In this document: one piece after another, positions 23,819 to 35,192 of the stretch
Layout: each line of letters starts with the position of its first letter
How positions within the stretch are numbered: the stretch's first letter is position 1
Source: Podarcis cretensis
Taxonomy: Eukaryota
DNA length: 64,000 nucleotides
NCBI GenBank assembly: GCA_951804945.1
Contig: OX638152.1
Coordinates: 58,404,001-58,468,000 of the forward strand
Direction: 5' to 3'
The notes under the pieces: generated by a model
Told to the model about the DNA's origin: nothing
Database searches by the model: none
What the model saw: the letters and a program-made list of their open reading frames with translations, nothing else
Made by a program: the position numbers and the translations under genes

Positions 23819-24110
23819 TGTGTTTATCTGCTTCCGTGTGAACTCTTTGGGTTTGTTTTTGATGCTTGCAGAGTACCATATTGTTCATTACTGATGTCTA
23901 TATTTCTGTTTTATCGTGTGTGTTTTTTTATCCTGCCCTTCCTCATATGGTTTCCCCTCATAACAAACCTATGGGGTCAGTTAGACTGACAGACTAGGAC
24001 CAACCCAAGTGGAGCTTCGCATTTGGGGGTGGGATGGATTTGGGCATTGCTGCCATTTCTTCTCTCTCTCTCTCTGTATGTTTGCTATTGCAGTGTCTCA
24101 TTTGGTCTGA

Positions 24111-24231
24111 GCACATTCCAACCGGTATTTCAGGACTTTTTCACCCCAGTGGGAGAGATTTTAAGCATGTGCTCAGCCATCCCAGTAAAATCAAGGAGAC
24201 ATCAATATACTGAACTTGGGTTGGATTGTGC
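24111..24231. mobile_element. Short MITE-like element
   Basis: Inverted termini gcacattccaacc / ggttggattgtgc. Confidence 0.5.
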
Positions 24232-25225
24232 CAAGTATGTTTTGGCAAGATCCCCTCTTGTTGCACTATTTGTTGTATTGGTTCTATTCAGTGTAATTTA
24301 CTGTGGTTTGGATTCTGGAAGTTTGTCTGTGAGGTACAGATGTGAGGTGACCCTGTGCTTTCACAGGTCTTTCAATTTCGATGAGTTTTATGAGAATGAG
24401 TTCCCCACTACTACTAAAGAAATAATTATTTCTCCTTTTGAAGCATACAATTTTAATTGCATTACAAATGAAAAACAAGTTATTATCCTTTCAGACTATT
24501 AAAAGCTGTTTTAAACAAACCGCAAAAGTCCCAAGAATCAACTAGAGAGTGGAGGGGCGGGGGGGCGGGGAAACAAGTCAAAGTCAAAGTGAGTGTTATA
24601 TTTTTTGTGTACGTCATTTTAAAAGATCATTGATAGAATGATAATTTCATACCTCTAAGCATTGCCAAATCTGTACTTGCCATAGTTTGACTTTAAAATC
24701 CATTTCAGAGCTGGACAAATTTCAGACTGCTGTAGGCAGAATGACATTCAGCCCTATAATTTACTCTTCATTACCACAGCAACCAGGCAGAAGGGCATCC
24801 CAGTACAGTAAGATATTCTGGAAGCTAAAATTTATTAGTGATAACATTCAATAAGAGGAGGAGGAGAATATAAAAGGGGTGGGGAAACTTCAGTCTTGAT
24901 AGATCTACCAAAGAGAGTCAGGTGCAAAAGGTATACAGTTAGAATTAAAAAGCAAGAGTGCCTCTGAGCATGTTCTGTTTTCAGTAGGGGGCCTAAACTG
25001 AGCTCACAGTTCTTTCACATAAAAGTCAATTCCTGGAAAGTCAATTCGTTTCAGCAGTCTGATTTAGATGGGAAAAGTCATATTGTTGTTGTTTTGGTTG
25101 AACAGCTGGAAGCCAGAGAACCTTGTCAATCTGCTACAAATCAACCAGAGACCAGTAAATTCTGATCTACCCTCTGTCCATTCCTGTTATAGGGAATCTT
25201 GGAAACTGAAAACTATCATTTCTCT

Positions 25226-25798
25226 TGTTACGGAAGGGGGGGGGGCATGTCTTCTTCACCTTCTTCGCTACAATATATTTGCTCAATTTCTCTAGGACTC
25301 CATCACCCCTCCCCTGTCCTCCATAATCCCTCAAGGTGTCAAGACCCTAATCCTGTCAAATCGCTCTGATCAGCCTTTCCTCCAGGCAATGTCAGGTGGC
25401 AGACTATGCATATTTGGGACCATTGTTTTCTCATCCCCAGGAAGTGTTTATCTGTGCATATCTCCAGCTCTGCATATTCCCCCCTCCCTCCTCCATATGT
25501 TAATCTGTGTAACCCAACCTCCCTTTAATATATTCATGATGTAATCTGTGTAACCAAACCTCTCTTTAATGTATTCATGACGTGTTTTGCACTGTATTCT
25601 GGGACATGGAGTTTCAAAAACTCATGTCACCCCTTTCTCACTGTTCAATCTCGCCTTGAACCTGTTGCGCAATAAACTTGGATCTTCTGCTGTTTGCTCC
25701 TGTCTCCGGCTGAGCTCATTTTCCTCCGCAGGGACCCACGGACTTAGTCCGATGAGCTGGGTGGCAGAGCAGCCTCGCACCCAGATTTTGCCGTAACA
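25226..25798 (+). mobile_element. Solo LTR (573 bp) of an LTR retrotransposon or ERV
   Basis: TG...CA ends with perfect 8-bp inverted termini TGTTACGG / CCGTAACA, 4-bp TSD CTCT (25222-25225 and 25799-25802), AATAAA at 25671-25676. Confidence 0.9.
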
Positions 25799-26589
25799 CT
25801 CTTGATAAGCAAAATTCTGACTTCTTAGGATAGACAGTTTGAGAGGAAAGGCAGCAACTATAATTGAGCTGTCTTTGCCACATATTTGATCATCTTTCTG
25901 ATTCATAGTATTATATTCTCCTTTCCTTCACCCACAGCAAAACAAACTTAACTTGATTCATATCCTTAAAAGGGAGGGGGGGAGAGACCATCCCCAAACA
26001 TGAATTACTCACGTGGTTATGATTAAGTTATTGGCACAGAACCTTGCCCCCTTCAGCTCCTCCTCCTTATACCCTGATGACTCCCTGTCTCAGTCATTGA
26101 ATATTTACACAACTTCATTTCAAAACTCTCATTGAGTAGCTTTTTAAAATGGAGGATTAAAAAACAACAGTGTTCCCAAGGAGTTATGATACTTAAGTCT
26201 ACAGACGTTAAAAAGTGTTAAACACGCAGTATAATGATACAAACAAAAAAAATATTTCAGTGAGATGAAAGAAGGAATCTTTATATTTCTCAAGTAATGC
26301 AATTCTTCAGTGAATAATCTGCCAATGGTTCTTTCATAATGAAAATCTGTGTGTGTGTATAAAAACATTTTGTGGAGGAAGAAAAACTTTACATCCCATA
26401 ATGGAAATTTCAAGGTTCCTAACAACATGCATGAAAACAGAAATCTCAGTAAAATAGCATAAAAAACAATAAACAAGAATCTATTTGTTACAGTAAGTAA
26501 ATCACATAGATAAAAAGGATGCAAGTCAGCTGTGGACTTGCTTGCGCAAATCAGGGTGGGTGGGGAAGAGAAAACAAATTCAATTCTTA

Positions 26590-26750
26590 CTGCTTTCATT
26601 GGGTTTCCTGTGGGTGGTGGTGGTGGGGTTATTGGTTTGGTCTGTTCTTGTTTTTATTATGTATTTTGTGTTTTTATCTTGTATTTTTATGCTGTGAACT
26701 GCCCTGAGATCTACGGCTGAAGGGTGGAATACAAATATTAAAAATGAAAT
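26590..26750 (+). mobile_element. L2 LINE 3' tail
   Basis: T-rich tract followed by tgtgaactgccctgagatctacggctgaagggtggaatacaaat and an A-rich end, typical of squamate L2 3' ends. Confidence 0.55.
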
Positions 26751-26893
26751 AACATAAAATAATATTTGAAGTGTTAAAATTTTGTTTTAAAGTTTCGAAA
26801 GTTGTGTTTTGTTTATATTATCCTTTCTGAGCCACTTGGGGGGGGGGCTCCTCTGGCTGAAAGGCAGCATAAAAATAAACTTAAATGTATATA

Positions 26894-27117
26894 CAGTCAT
26901 ACCTCCGGTTGCGAACATGATCTGTGTGGGAGGCATGTTCGCAACCTACAGCATTTGTAGCCTGAAGCGCCGCTTCTGTGCATAATGTCATTTTGTGCTT
27001 CTGCACATGCGCAAGCGCCGAAACCCGGAAGTAACCCGTTCCGGCACTTCCAGGTTCAGCATGGTCCACAACCTGAAAACGTGCAACCTGTAGCGTTCAT
27101 AACCTGAGGTATGACTG
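26894..27117. mobile_element. Tc1/mariner (Tigger-like) MITE
   Basis: TIRs cagtcatacctccggtt / aacctgaggtatgactg, TA on both flanks, internal gcaacctg repeats. Confidence 0.92.
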
Positions 27118-27289
27118 TAACATAATATGAAAGACTAGATAACTCTATAACTACAGCTGCCTGACATGTTGTTCAAAAGCTGCCTATTACTATTGGAAAT
27201 CCTACTTGGCTTTTGGAAAAGTTCACTATGTGTCTGTTGTCAGCATTGTCTTTTTAAGGCGCATTTTCACAGAAACCTGTTTGGTTTTA

Positions 27290-27602
27290 GGATGAATGTT
27301 GAGATTCTTTGCTTGGTGCAGCCCATCTGGTGCTGCCCTGTGATGGGGGCTTCTTTGTAGCAGTGCCCAGCTTATGGAGTCCACTCTTCTCTGGTGAACT
27401 GCATCTGTCCCCCTTATTATTAGCATTGAGGCAAAAGCTTAAAACGTTCCTGTTTACCCAAGCATTGTCAAAAGACATTGCTTCTAGCAACTTTGGAATT
27501 TTTAGTTGTGTAGAAATTGTTTTTGTCTGAAACATTTTTCAAAATTTTGGATTGTTTTAATTGCCTTGTTCCCTGCTGCCTATGGCTCATTTGGGAGGAA
27601 GG

Positions 27603-27649
<47 letters not shown>
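27290..27649 (+). mobile_element. L2 LINE 3' end terminating in (ATA)n
   Basis: ggcttctttgtagcagtgcccagcttatggagt...aaagcttaaaacgttcctgtttacccaagcatt resembles the L2 ORF end (AFSVxAPxLWN...KTxLF); (ATA)n at 27603-27649. Confidence 0.6.
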
Positions 27650-28198
27650 CTGTTCCTGGTGTTCTTGTATTTTTTGTAAACATACAGTAAATAAATATGT
27701 GATTATACAGATATGCATAGCCCCTACTATAGTCACCCTAATGAATCTTAAATAACTTAGTGCTACATTAAGAATATATCAGTTTATCACTTTAGATTTC
27801 TGACCTTTTAAATCCGGTTTGGTTCCTGTGAGGAGTTATAGGTATGTAATACCTATTGATTTGCTAAATGCAGGTTATTAGAATTTGGATCGCCTTTTTA
27901 TTTTATTTTTTTAAAAAGTAAAGCCACAGTATTCACAGTAAAGCCACAATGGACAAGCCCTCCCAGAGGGGTCCCATTAGCCACACAACCTGAAATTTAC
28001 TGGATGCAAGATGCAGAAAATAGAGGAGGTAGCTTCCCTTTGCAGTTCCTTTACAAAGATATGAAGGAAGAAGAGACTGTGGGAAGAAGTAAAGAGGGCA
28101 CTTGCTTTTTCTTCTCCCACCCTCCTCACCTTGCAAGTGTTGGGTTCTCCAAAGATGAAAGACAGGTACCAGGTTGTTGTTTTTTAATGGTTCCTAAT

Positions 28199-28545
28199 TG
28201 GGTAAAAGCCTCAGCGCCTAGGGCTTGCCGATCGAAAGGTCGGTGGTTCGAATCCCCGCGGCGGGGTGCGCTCCCGCTGCTCGGTCCCAGCGCCTGCCAA
28301 CCTAGCAGTTCGAAAGCATCCCCAGGTGCAAGTAGATAAATAGGGACCACTTCCCGGGTGGGAAGGTAAACGGCGTTTCCGTGTGCTGCGCTGGCTCGCC
28401 AGATGCAGCTTTGTCACGCTGGCCACGTGACCCGGAAGTGTCTCCGGACAGCGCTGGCCCCCGGCCTCTTGAGTGAGATGGGCGCACAACCCCAGAGTCT
28501 GTCAAGACTGGCCCGTACGGGCAGGGGTACCTTTACCTTTTACCT
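28199..28545 (+). mobile_element. Sauria SINE, slightly 5' truncated
   Basis: Close match to 13254-13626, B box GGTTCGAATCC, ACCTTT tail, TSD CCTAATTGGGTA at 28193-28204 and 28543-28554. Confidence 0.95.
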
Positions 28546-28894
28546 AATTGGGTAGGGCTAAGAATTCATAATCACTACAAGAGACAGGAATGTGATACAT
28601 ATTAAGAAACATCTCTCTTAGTACTTTTAAGAGAACACGGAAGGAGCCAAACACCTGCAAGGAGTGAGGGAAGCAAAACCCCTTGGGGTTGCATGCAGGC
28701 ATTTTGTATACAAATTTAGGCAAATATAAACTTCTCTTCTATCTTCATATATTCATTGGATGCTGGTCTCTACTTGCAGAGCCCCAGCCCCAGAATGTTA
28801 TTGAAAATGTAATTCACCTAGGAGGGGACTTACGTTGTGAATGTTGCTAATATGTTTCGTGGTTACTCTAGTTATACTTCTTTGCTTGCATAGA

Positions 28895-29005
28895 GTAAGT
28901 CTGTTGTGGCATAAGCTTCCATGGGTCAGATGCATCAAGTAGCCTGACAAATGCATTTTTACCCCATAAAAGCTAATGTCACAGTAAATATGTTAAGTCT
29001 TTCTG
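28895..29005. mobile_element. Penelope-like remnant in inverted arrangement
   Basis: tgtggcataagcttcc...aaaagctaatgtcaca imperfect inverted pair resembles the inverted Penelope termini common in lizards. Confidence 0.4.
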
Positions 29006-29859
29006 ACCAAAAGTTGGCAAAGCCTTGACATGATAATAAAAATGGAAAGCATTTAGTGCAACATGTTTTAGCAAGATGCCTTCTTCAGAGGCGCTACGAG
29101 ATAACAAATTATATTTCAGGATACTTAATATAAAAGTACCCACTAACTCAATTTGAACAAAGCACCCACAAGCATAACATGAAAAAATGGAAGTATTTAA
29201 AATCAATGTAATTGCATAATATAAGCCTTGAAATGCTTTTGAAAGTTTAAAATATGTTAATAAAAAAATTACTGGTGACTAATAACCAGAGCATGAATCA
29301 TATAAAATATTTACAAGTTATTCAGCACCAAAAAGGTATATAAAACAGAATGTGTGTTTGTAGTGTGTAAATATTTGGTTTATATATTTACATAAAAAGA
29401 CAGTCTGTAACCCTGTGCTCACTTAGATGAATTCAGTGGGGCTCAACTTTGAATAGACCAGTTTTTGCCATCCTGGTACCCTCCAGATGTCTTGGGCTGC
29501 AAATCCCCTCGGCCCAGTCAGGATTTGTGGTCAAAAACATCTGGAGTACTTCATTTATAAGATTGCACTATAGGAGTAAATAAAAGGAGGGGGGAAGAAC
29601 AAATAAACGAACAAAATTGTCTGCTCTACCTTGTCGCTACTTGATTAGTAATTTAGTCTATAATCTTAACTCCACTTACTGGGAGAAAGCCCTATTGAAT
29701 TCAGTAAGACTTCTGAGTTAACATGGTTAGGATTGCATTGTTAATGTTTTGAGCAATTTCCTTGTTTAATGGGGAAACACTTCATGGAGGGGTGGTGATA
29801 GGTGCTTCCGCCTGATACTTCTTCCCATTGAGCTCACTCCTATGCCTGGTACTAATGGA

Positions 29860-31100
29860 TGCTCTGCCACTGTTCCCAACTGTCTGGTGGTTCTATTGCT
29901 AAATGCCAGTTCAGTCTGTAATAAAACCATGCTGATCCATGATGTGATTGTTGATGAGCATGAAGATCTGATCTGTATCACCAAGACCTGGGTGGGGGAG
30001 CTGGGTGGACCAGATCTGACTCAGCTCTGCCTACCCTGGTACTCCATATGACATCAGCCCAGACGGGAGTGGTGGAGGAAAGTGTGAATGTAGTCCATAG
30101 GAGTTCACTTCCCATCACCAGGAAACCCATCTCTCTTTGAGCAGGGCTGTAGGGCCTGCATCTGGTGCTGAGCCAAAGAGACAGGTTAGGGATGCTGTTG
30201 ATGCACAACCCACCCTGCTGCTCATCCCTCAGTAAACTAGCTGAGGTTGTCTCAGGTGTGGTGTTGGAGGAGCACATAACTGTGGTTTTGGGTGACTTCA
30301 ACATTCATTCTGAAAATGTCTATGGTTCTACTCAATAGTTCATGGCCTCCATGCCAACCATGGACCAGGCATGGGCTAGAGTGTAAGTGGCATAAATCGT
30401 GCTCAGAAGCAGACCAGTTATGTGTTTGGGCTCATAATTGGTCTTACCACATGACGGTGAGAGCAGTGCTTGAGGAGCTGTCCAGCAGAGTTGTTCCATA
30501 TGGTCTGAAGGCTGCTTACTCCTGACCAGGGGCAAATAAGGAGAGACTGTGAAAGTTTTGGACTGGTGTCTGAGCACAGCGATGGTCTGGATGAAGGTCA
30601 ATAAACTACATGAATCCTGGGGGAATTGAGCTGCTTCAGGTGGATTCCTGTTTCTAGGAGATAGGTAGACTGCCTGTTCTGGATGGCGTTGCACACCTTC
30701 TGAAGAAACAAGTCTGTAGTTTGGGGGTACTCTTTGCTACATTTGCCACTAGAGACCCAAGTGTCCTCTGTGGCTACAACTGCCTCTTACCAGCTTTGTC
30801 TGGTTTGCCAGCTATAGCTATTCTTAGACAGGGGTACCCTGATCATTGTAGCCCATGTGTTAGTAACCTTGAGGTTGGGTTACTGTAGAACACTCTTCCG
30901 ATAGAGATTCAGCAGAAGCCTTCTGTTTCAGCTTTTAAACACCTGTTGAAAAGTTTTATATTCCATCACGTTAATGCAGGCAATTAAGAATACATCTTCC
31001 CACAGTAGTTATCTGATTTCTGATTTTAAATTTTTATATGATTTTTACTGAATGGCTGTATAGATAATATTTTTAATGAATCAGTGGTGTATAAATGTTT
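29860..31100 (+). mobile_element. L2 LINE, degenerate and internally deleted (APE endonuclease, RT pieces, 3' tail)
   Basis: VLLLNASSVCNK..LIHDVIVDE..DLICITKTW (APE N-terminus), VVLGDFNIH at 30282-30308, WMKVNKL, PVLDGVA..LKKQVCSLGVL, VAHVLVTLRLGYC. Confidence 0.85.
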
Positions 31101-32074
31101 TTTTATAAATAGCTAAATGCCCATCCAACCTCTTTCTTCCTGATACGTGTACCAAAACGTTATGTATCATGAGGGAAATGGTTGAGGTTGAGAATGGGCA
31201 AGTGTGCAAGTTAAAGAAACCTAGTTTCTCAAAGCACTGGAGATAAAACATTCTGACGGCTTATCTTGTACATGTCTATTCAGAGGGAAGACACTTTGCT
31301 TACTAGTGTTTTTGTCGAAGTAGATGTACACAGAGTTGGAGCCAGAGTTACCTAAATATTGTGAAGAAAGGAGCTAGGAAAGGGATGGACAAATCTTAAT
31401 TCTGAGAAAGTCAGATGGGATGGGATGGTGTACTGCACAATGTGATCTTGCTCTTCTGCTCCCTTGACTGTATAACAAGATACAGAGTTTTCTTGGAGCA
31501 GGGTGCACACGTAGACATGGTTCTTCCTTGGTTGTAAGATAACAATGTACTTGGATCTGAAATATTGATGGGTTGAGTCAGATTTTTATCACAACCAAAT
31601 CTTCGTTTATAACAGTATGTTATGTCATGCAGCAAATTGCTGATCCCCCTAGCTTTGCAACCGATTCTCTCTGTGACATAGAATCACAGCTGCTGGCTGA
31701 GCAGTGCTGAAGTTGCAGTGAGATGCAGTTCCTTGTTATAGCTGGTGCATGATCCTTATATTTCTGTATTTGGGCCACTAGGGTGTTAATATAGATGGGC
31801 TTCAAGATACTCTTCTGGAGTGTGATTTATAGAATTCTATTAACACATTAGTTAAGAACATCATAGAATTTGTATCATTCTTTTGAAGCAAGAGAAGGCT
31901 TTAGGTTGCAAAATTCTAATTTGGTTTAGTGTTCCCAAAGAAATTGGAAATTCTGTAAAAAGGAGACACGTTTTATAAAAGCAGCACTCCATTAAAAAAT
32001 CAATGTCCTTTTTCTTTGGGATTGTCCACATTTGAGAATTATTTCACACATTCAAATTAGACCAGAGTAGTCCA

Positions 32075-32118
32075 CATGTATTTAAATTTATATAGGCATG
32101 TATTTAAATTTATATAGG
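32075..32118. repeat. Perfect 22-bp tandem duplication
   Basis: catgtatttaaatttatatagg x2. Confidence 0.95.
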
Positions 32119-33090
32119 AGGAGTAACTTCGGTCTTTCTTTCCATGTTTAATAAATTCTTCTTGCAAATGCTACTTAGTGTAAAAAGGGGGGCATCCTAT
32201 TTACTGGATTCTAGCAATCTTGAGACCAAAATTGCACTGTAATCCCTAAATTTCTTGTGTGCCTTGGTCACCTGCCTAATTGTTGCATTTGTTGCTGTTT
32301 ACAATTTGCTGGATGAAGTTATCTTTCCTGTGACAGAGGTTATATGGGTGCAAGACGAAGATGGTTGTTTGCATCATTATATATTTATTAAATTGTATAG
32401 ACTAATGTAAAGTCTAGTGAGGTTAATTTAAGGGGGATTTGTTTGTATTTCTTTGTGTCTTGTTTTACTGTGTTTTTACCTTTTCATTCTGATGTGTTAA
32501 GAATTTACCTGGAGTAGTTATTGTAGATGGATTTGTGTATGTGTGTAGAATCTCAGTAAGAAAGTGAGAGCAATGTGTCTTACAAGACAGTAGCTCTTTT
32601 ATGGTGCATATGTTTTAAATAAATACACAGTCCTCAGAACTTGTAAGCAGATTCTGTTAAAAGTTGATGTGAGTTCAGTTTCATACAGATTATCCTTAGA
32701 ATTGTAAGAAAACACTGTTCAAATTTAAATGACCTTGAATTTCTTCTTAAGTGTAATGGATAAGATTTAAAAGAAGCTTTAAAATAACTTTCGAAGCTTT
32801 TGTTTGATTTAAAGACATAGCTTGATATTTATATATATGCTATAATGTTGGTATTACCAAGAACCACCAAGTACTAACATGCCTTAAATCAATTCCATAT
32901 CATCATTTATGAAAGGCATTTGCTGGTTTTAATATGAAATGTATTTATTATAAGGTGTTTATTATAAGGGTGTTCTGCCATAATAACTTAAAAGTTAAAT
33001 GCCTTTATTTCCAGAAATTATTTTCCCCAAAAGCAATAAAAAATAAACTGGAAAGGGTAGCCTATAAAAGGGTGATGTGTTAAAATATTT

Positions 33091-33119
33091 TAACAAACAA
33101 ACAAACAAACAAACAAACA
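33091..33119. repeat. (AAAC)n microsatellite
   Basis: Direct reading. Confidence 0.95.
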
Positions 33120-34619
33120 TTTTCTTGGCTGTAAAGTATGCCTGTATATTTCATTCTACTGCAACTATGTGACACAACTAAGTAGTAATGCATCTGTGAC
33201 ATGTCATGGTTGCAGCAAAGTGAAATCACAGATAATATATTTGGAATTTGACCGTCCAGAGTTGGTTGATTGGAAATATATCCTGAAATATATAAATAGG
33301 TGTTTCTCTGGGGGCATTATAATTTTTTCATGTAATTTGTATAAAGCTGAGTTTTAATAGGATCTACAACTAGGTTATTAGACTGGTTCATATGTATGCA
33401 TTAATTTATTTGCTTTTTAAGTCTGGCTCCTGCTCTTGTCAGGCAGGTACCAACATGGCTGTTTAGAGTGATCCAAGATTGTGATGTGATGTTTGCACAC
33501 ATTATAGCTTATTCAAACAGAATATTTTTCTCTGTGGCATGTTGTGCTCTGGAGATAATTCTGGTGTAAAAAGAAGTTACTCCAGGACAAGCTGTTCTGA
33601 TTTAGTCTGGGATATCAAATTCCTGCATTGCTATCCCAGGATATGAAAGCACTCCAGAGTAATTTTAATGCATTTTCTGAATATAGCATAAGGCTTTTTG
33701 AGTCATACCTATAAGGGGGTTATTCTTTCCCCTGCTAAAGAGGGCTGTTGTTCTGTGGGGGCGAGGCAACTTGAGTCATCTCTTATGGTTTGTCCTGGCA
33801 TATGGTTCGTGCCCATAAATTGGGATTGGCCAACTATAACAGGAGGACGAAACATTACAAGGTACTCCAGTTTTTACAGCAGCTGCGGTAACCATATGAT
33901 GCTTTTAACCATATGCAAATCTTCAGGTTCAGAACTAAATTACATATCTTATATATTTTGACTTTATTAGAGCAATACTGAAATAGCTATTTTACAGCAT
34001 CAATGTTTTGTGAAAAATTGGAGTAGCGGTACTGAAAAAGTGATTTTATTCTATTATTGTTTGAGGCTAGTAAATAATAGAATTAAATGCATGGAATGAA
34101 ATTCAGAGTATCATGAATTAAGAGTAACTGTTTTTCTAAACATGAGAATATACTTGACTGTCACCAATCTGCATATAAAATAATTGTTCAAGTTGATATT
34201 CAGGCTAATATACACACACACATCTAATTACGTTCATGAAGAATAAATAATGTGGTTTGTGGTGGTGCAAGTTTCTTTCCTTAAGATCATAATGTTGTTA
34301 ATCGTACCTGATTGCTTGTTTCTATGAAATGGGTCAGTTTTAAGTGATCACTAATTAAGTGAAAGCAGGAAAATTGGCAGGGCATCGAGCAGCATAAATA
34401 GGTGTAATGTATTTATAAAACAAGATTTTAGGGGTCCTGACTAATTTTCATGTGTAGTAGACATTGTTCTGAATTTGTGTGTCTGCATGAAGCGAGGGAG
34501 TTTCCTGCTTTAAAGCACTTAACAGCAGTCAGCCTGGGCGTTTTCATTTTGTACTCACTGCTTCCCCCTCCCAATGAGTGTCCTTTGTGTAACCCCAACT
34601 AATTCAGAAATCTCTCTGC

Positions 34620-34730
34620 TGTAGTGAGGACTGCCCTGTCATGTGACTGAGGCAACTAGTTGCAGCCTGTGATTGGGCAAGAGCTAATTGGCGGCTGTGT
34701 ATAAGAACTCCCTGCCTTCGAGTTAGTAGA
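34620..34730 (+). promoter_or_regulatory. Putative core promoter B
   Basis: GTCATGTGAC E-box at 34638-34647, two inverted CCAAT boxes (ATTGG at 34672-34676 and 34686-34690 approx.), TATAAGAA at 34700-34707, in canonical order, with local CpG retention. Confidence 0.65.
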
Positions 34731-35192
34731 AGCTTTCCTCGCTCGCATTGCTTAGTTACATGTAGTTTGTAATGATGAGACTAGGCGGTGATTCAGCAAC
34801 ATGTGATAAAGTTTAACACTCATGTGGGCTTGACCAAGCCAAATGGTAGACAATAAAGCCAGCTGCAGCCAATTTGGATTAATGAGCGTCACCTTGGAGT
34901 TTGGTAACTGTCACTTTAAGATTGCTTACTATTTTCAGAAGACTGCAGTTAAGAATCTTTGACAGGAACTTGTCTGAGCCTCTTTTCCTTTGTCGTTACC
35001 TTGTTTTTATCACAGGAATGGAGTGATGATGACTCTTTACTCTGGAACATAACTGTAGGGGGAGAAACTTTCACGCTGCCTTCTGACAAAAGCATTTTGT
35101 AATCTGTCTTGTCTAGCTGTAGTGCTGAACGCTTTTTAGTTAACGGAAGCTGTAAAATCTTTTCACCAGGAAGTATTATTTGCTCGGCATGG
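34730..35192 (+). other. Putative 5' exon B: long uORF-containing leader ending in ATG-G at a consensus donor (phase 1); gene not identified
   Basis: ctcggcATGG|GTAAGT, with ATG at 35189-35191 in strong Kozak context (G at -3 and +4) and GTAAGT at 35193-35198; internal acceptor ...ttgtttttatcacAG| at 35015. Confidence 0.6.

Noticed and set aside
24023-24502. 159-aa hydrophobic ORF, the longest in the track
   Set aside because: Non-ATG start, crosses SINE and MITE remnants and a CT repeat, no recognisable domain
26144-26599. 151-aa minus-strand ORF
   Set aside because: Phe/Leu-rich translation of AT-rich DNA with no recognisable homology
34771-34980. C/D box snoRNA suggested by ATGATGA
   Set aside because: No D box at a suitable distance with a terminal stem; better explained as 5' UTR
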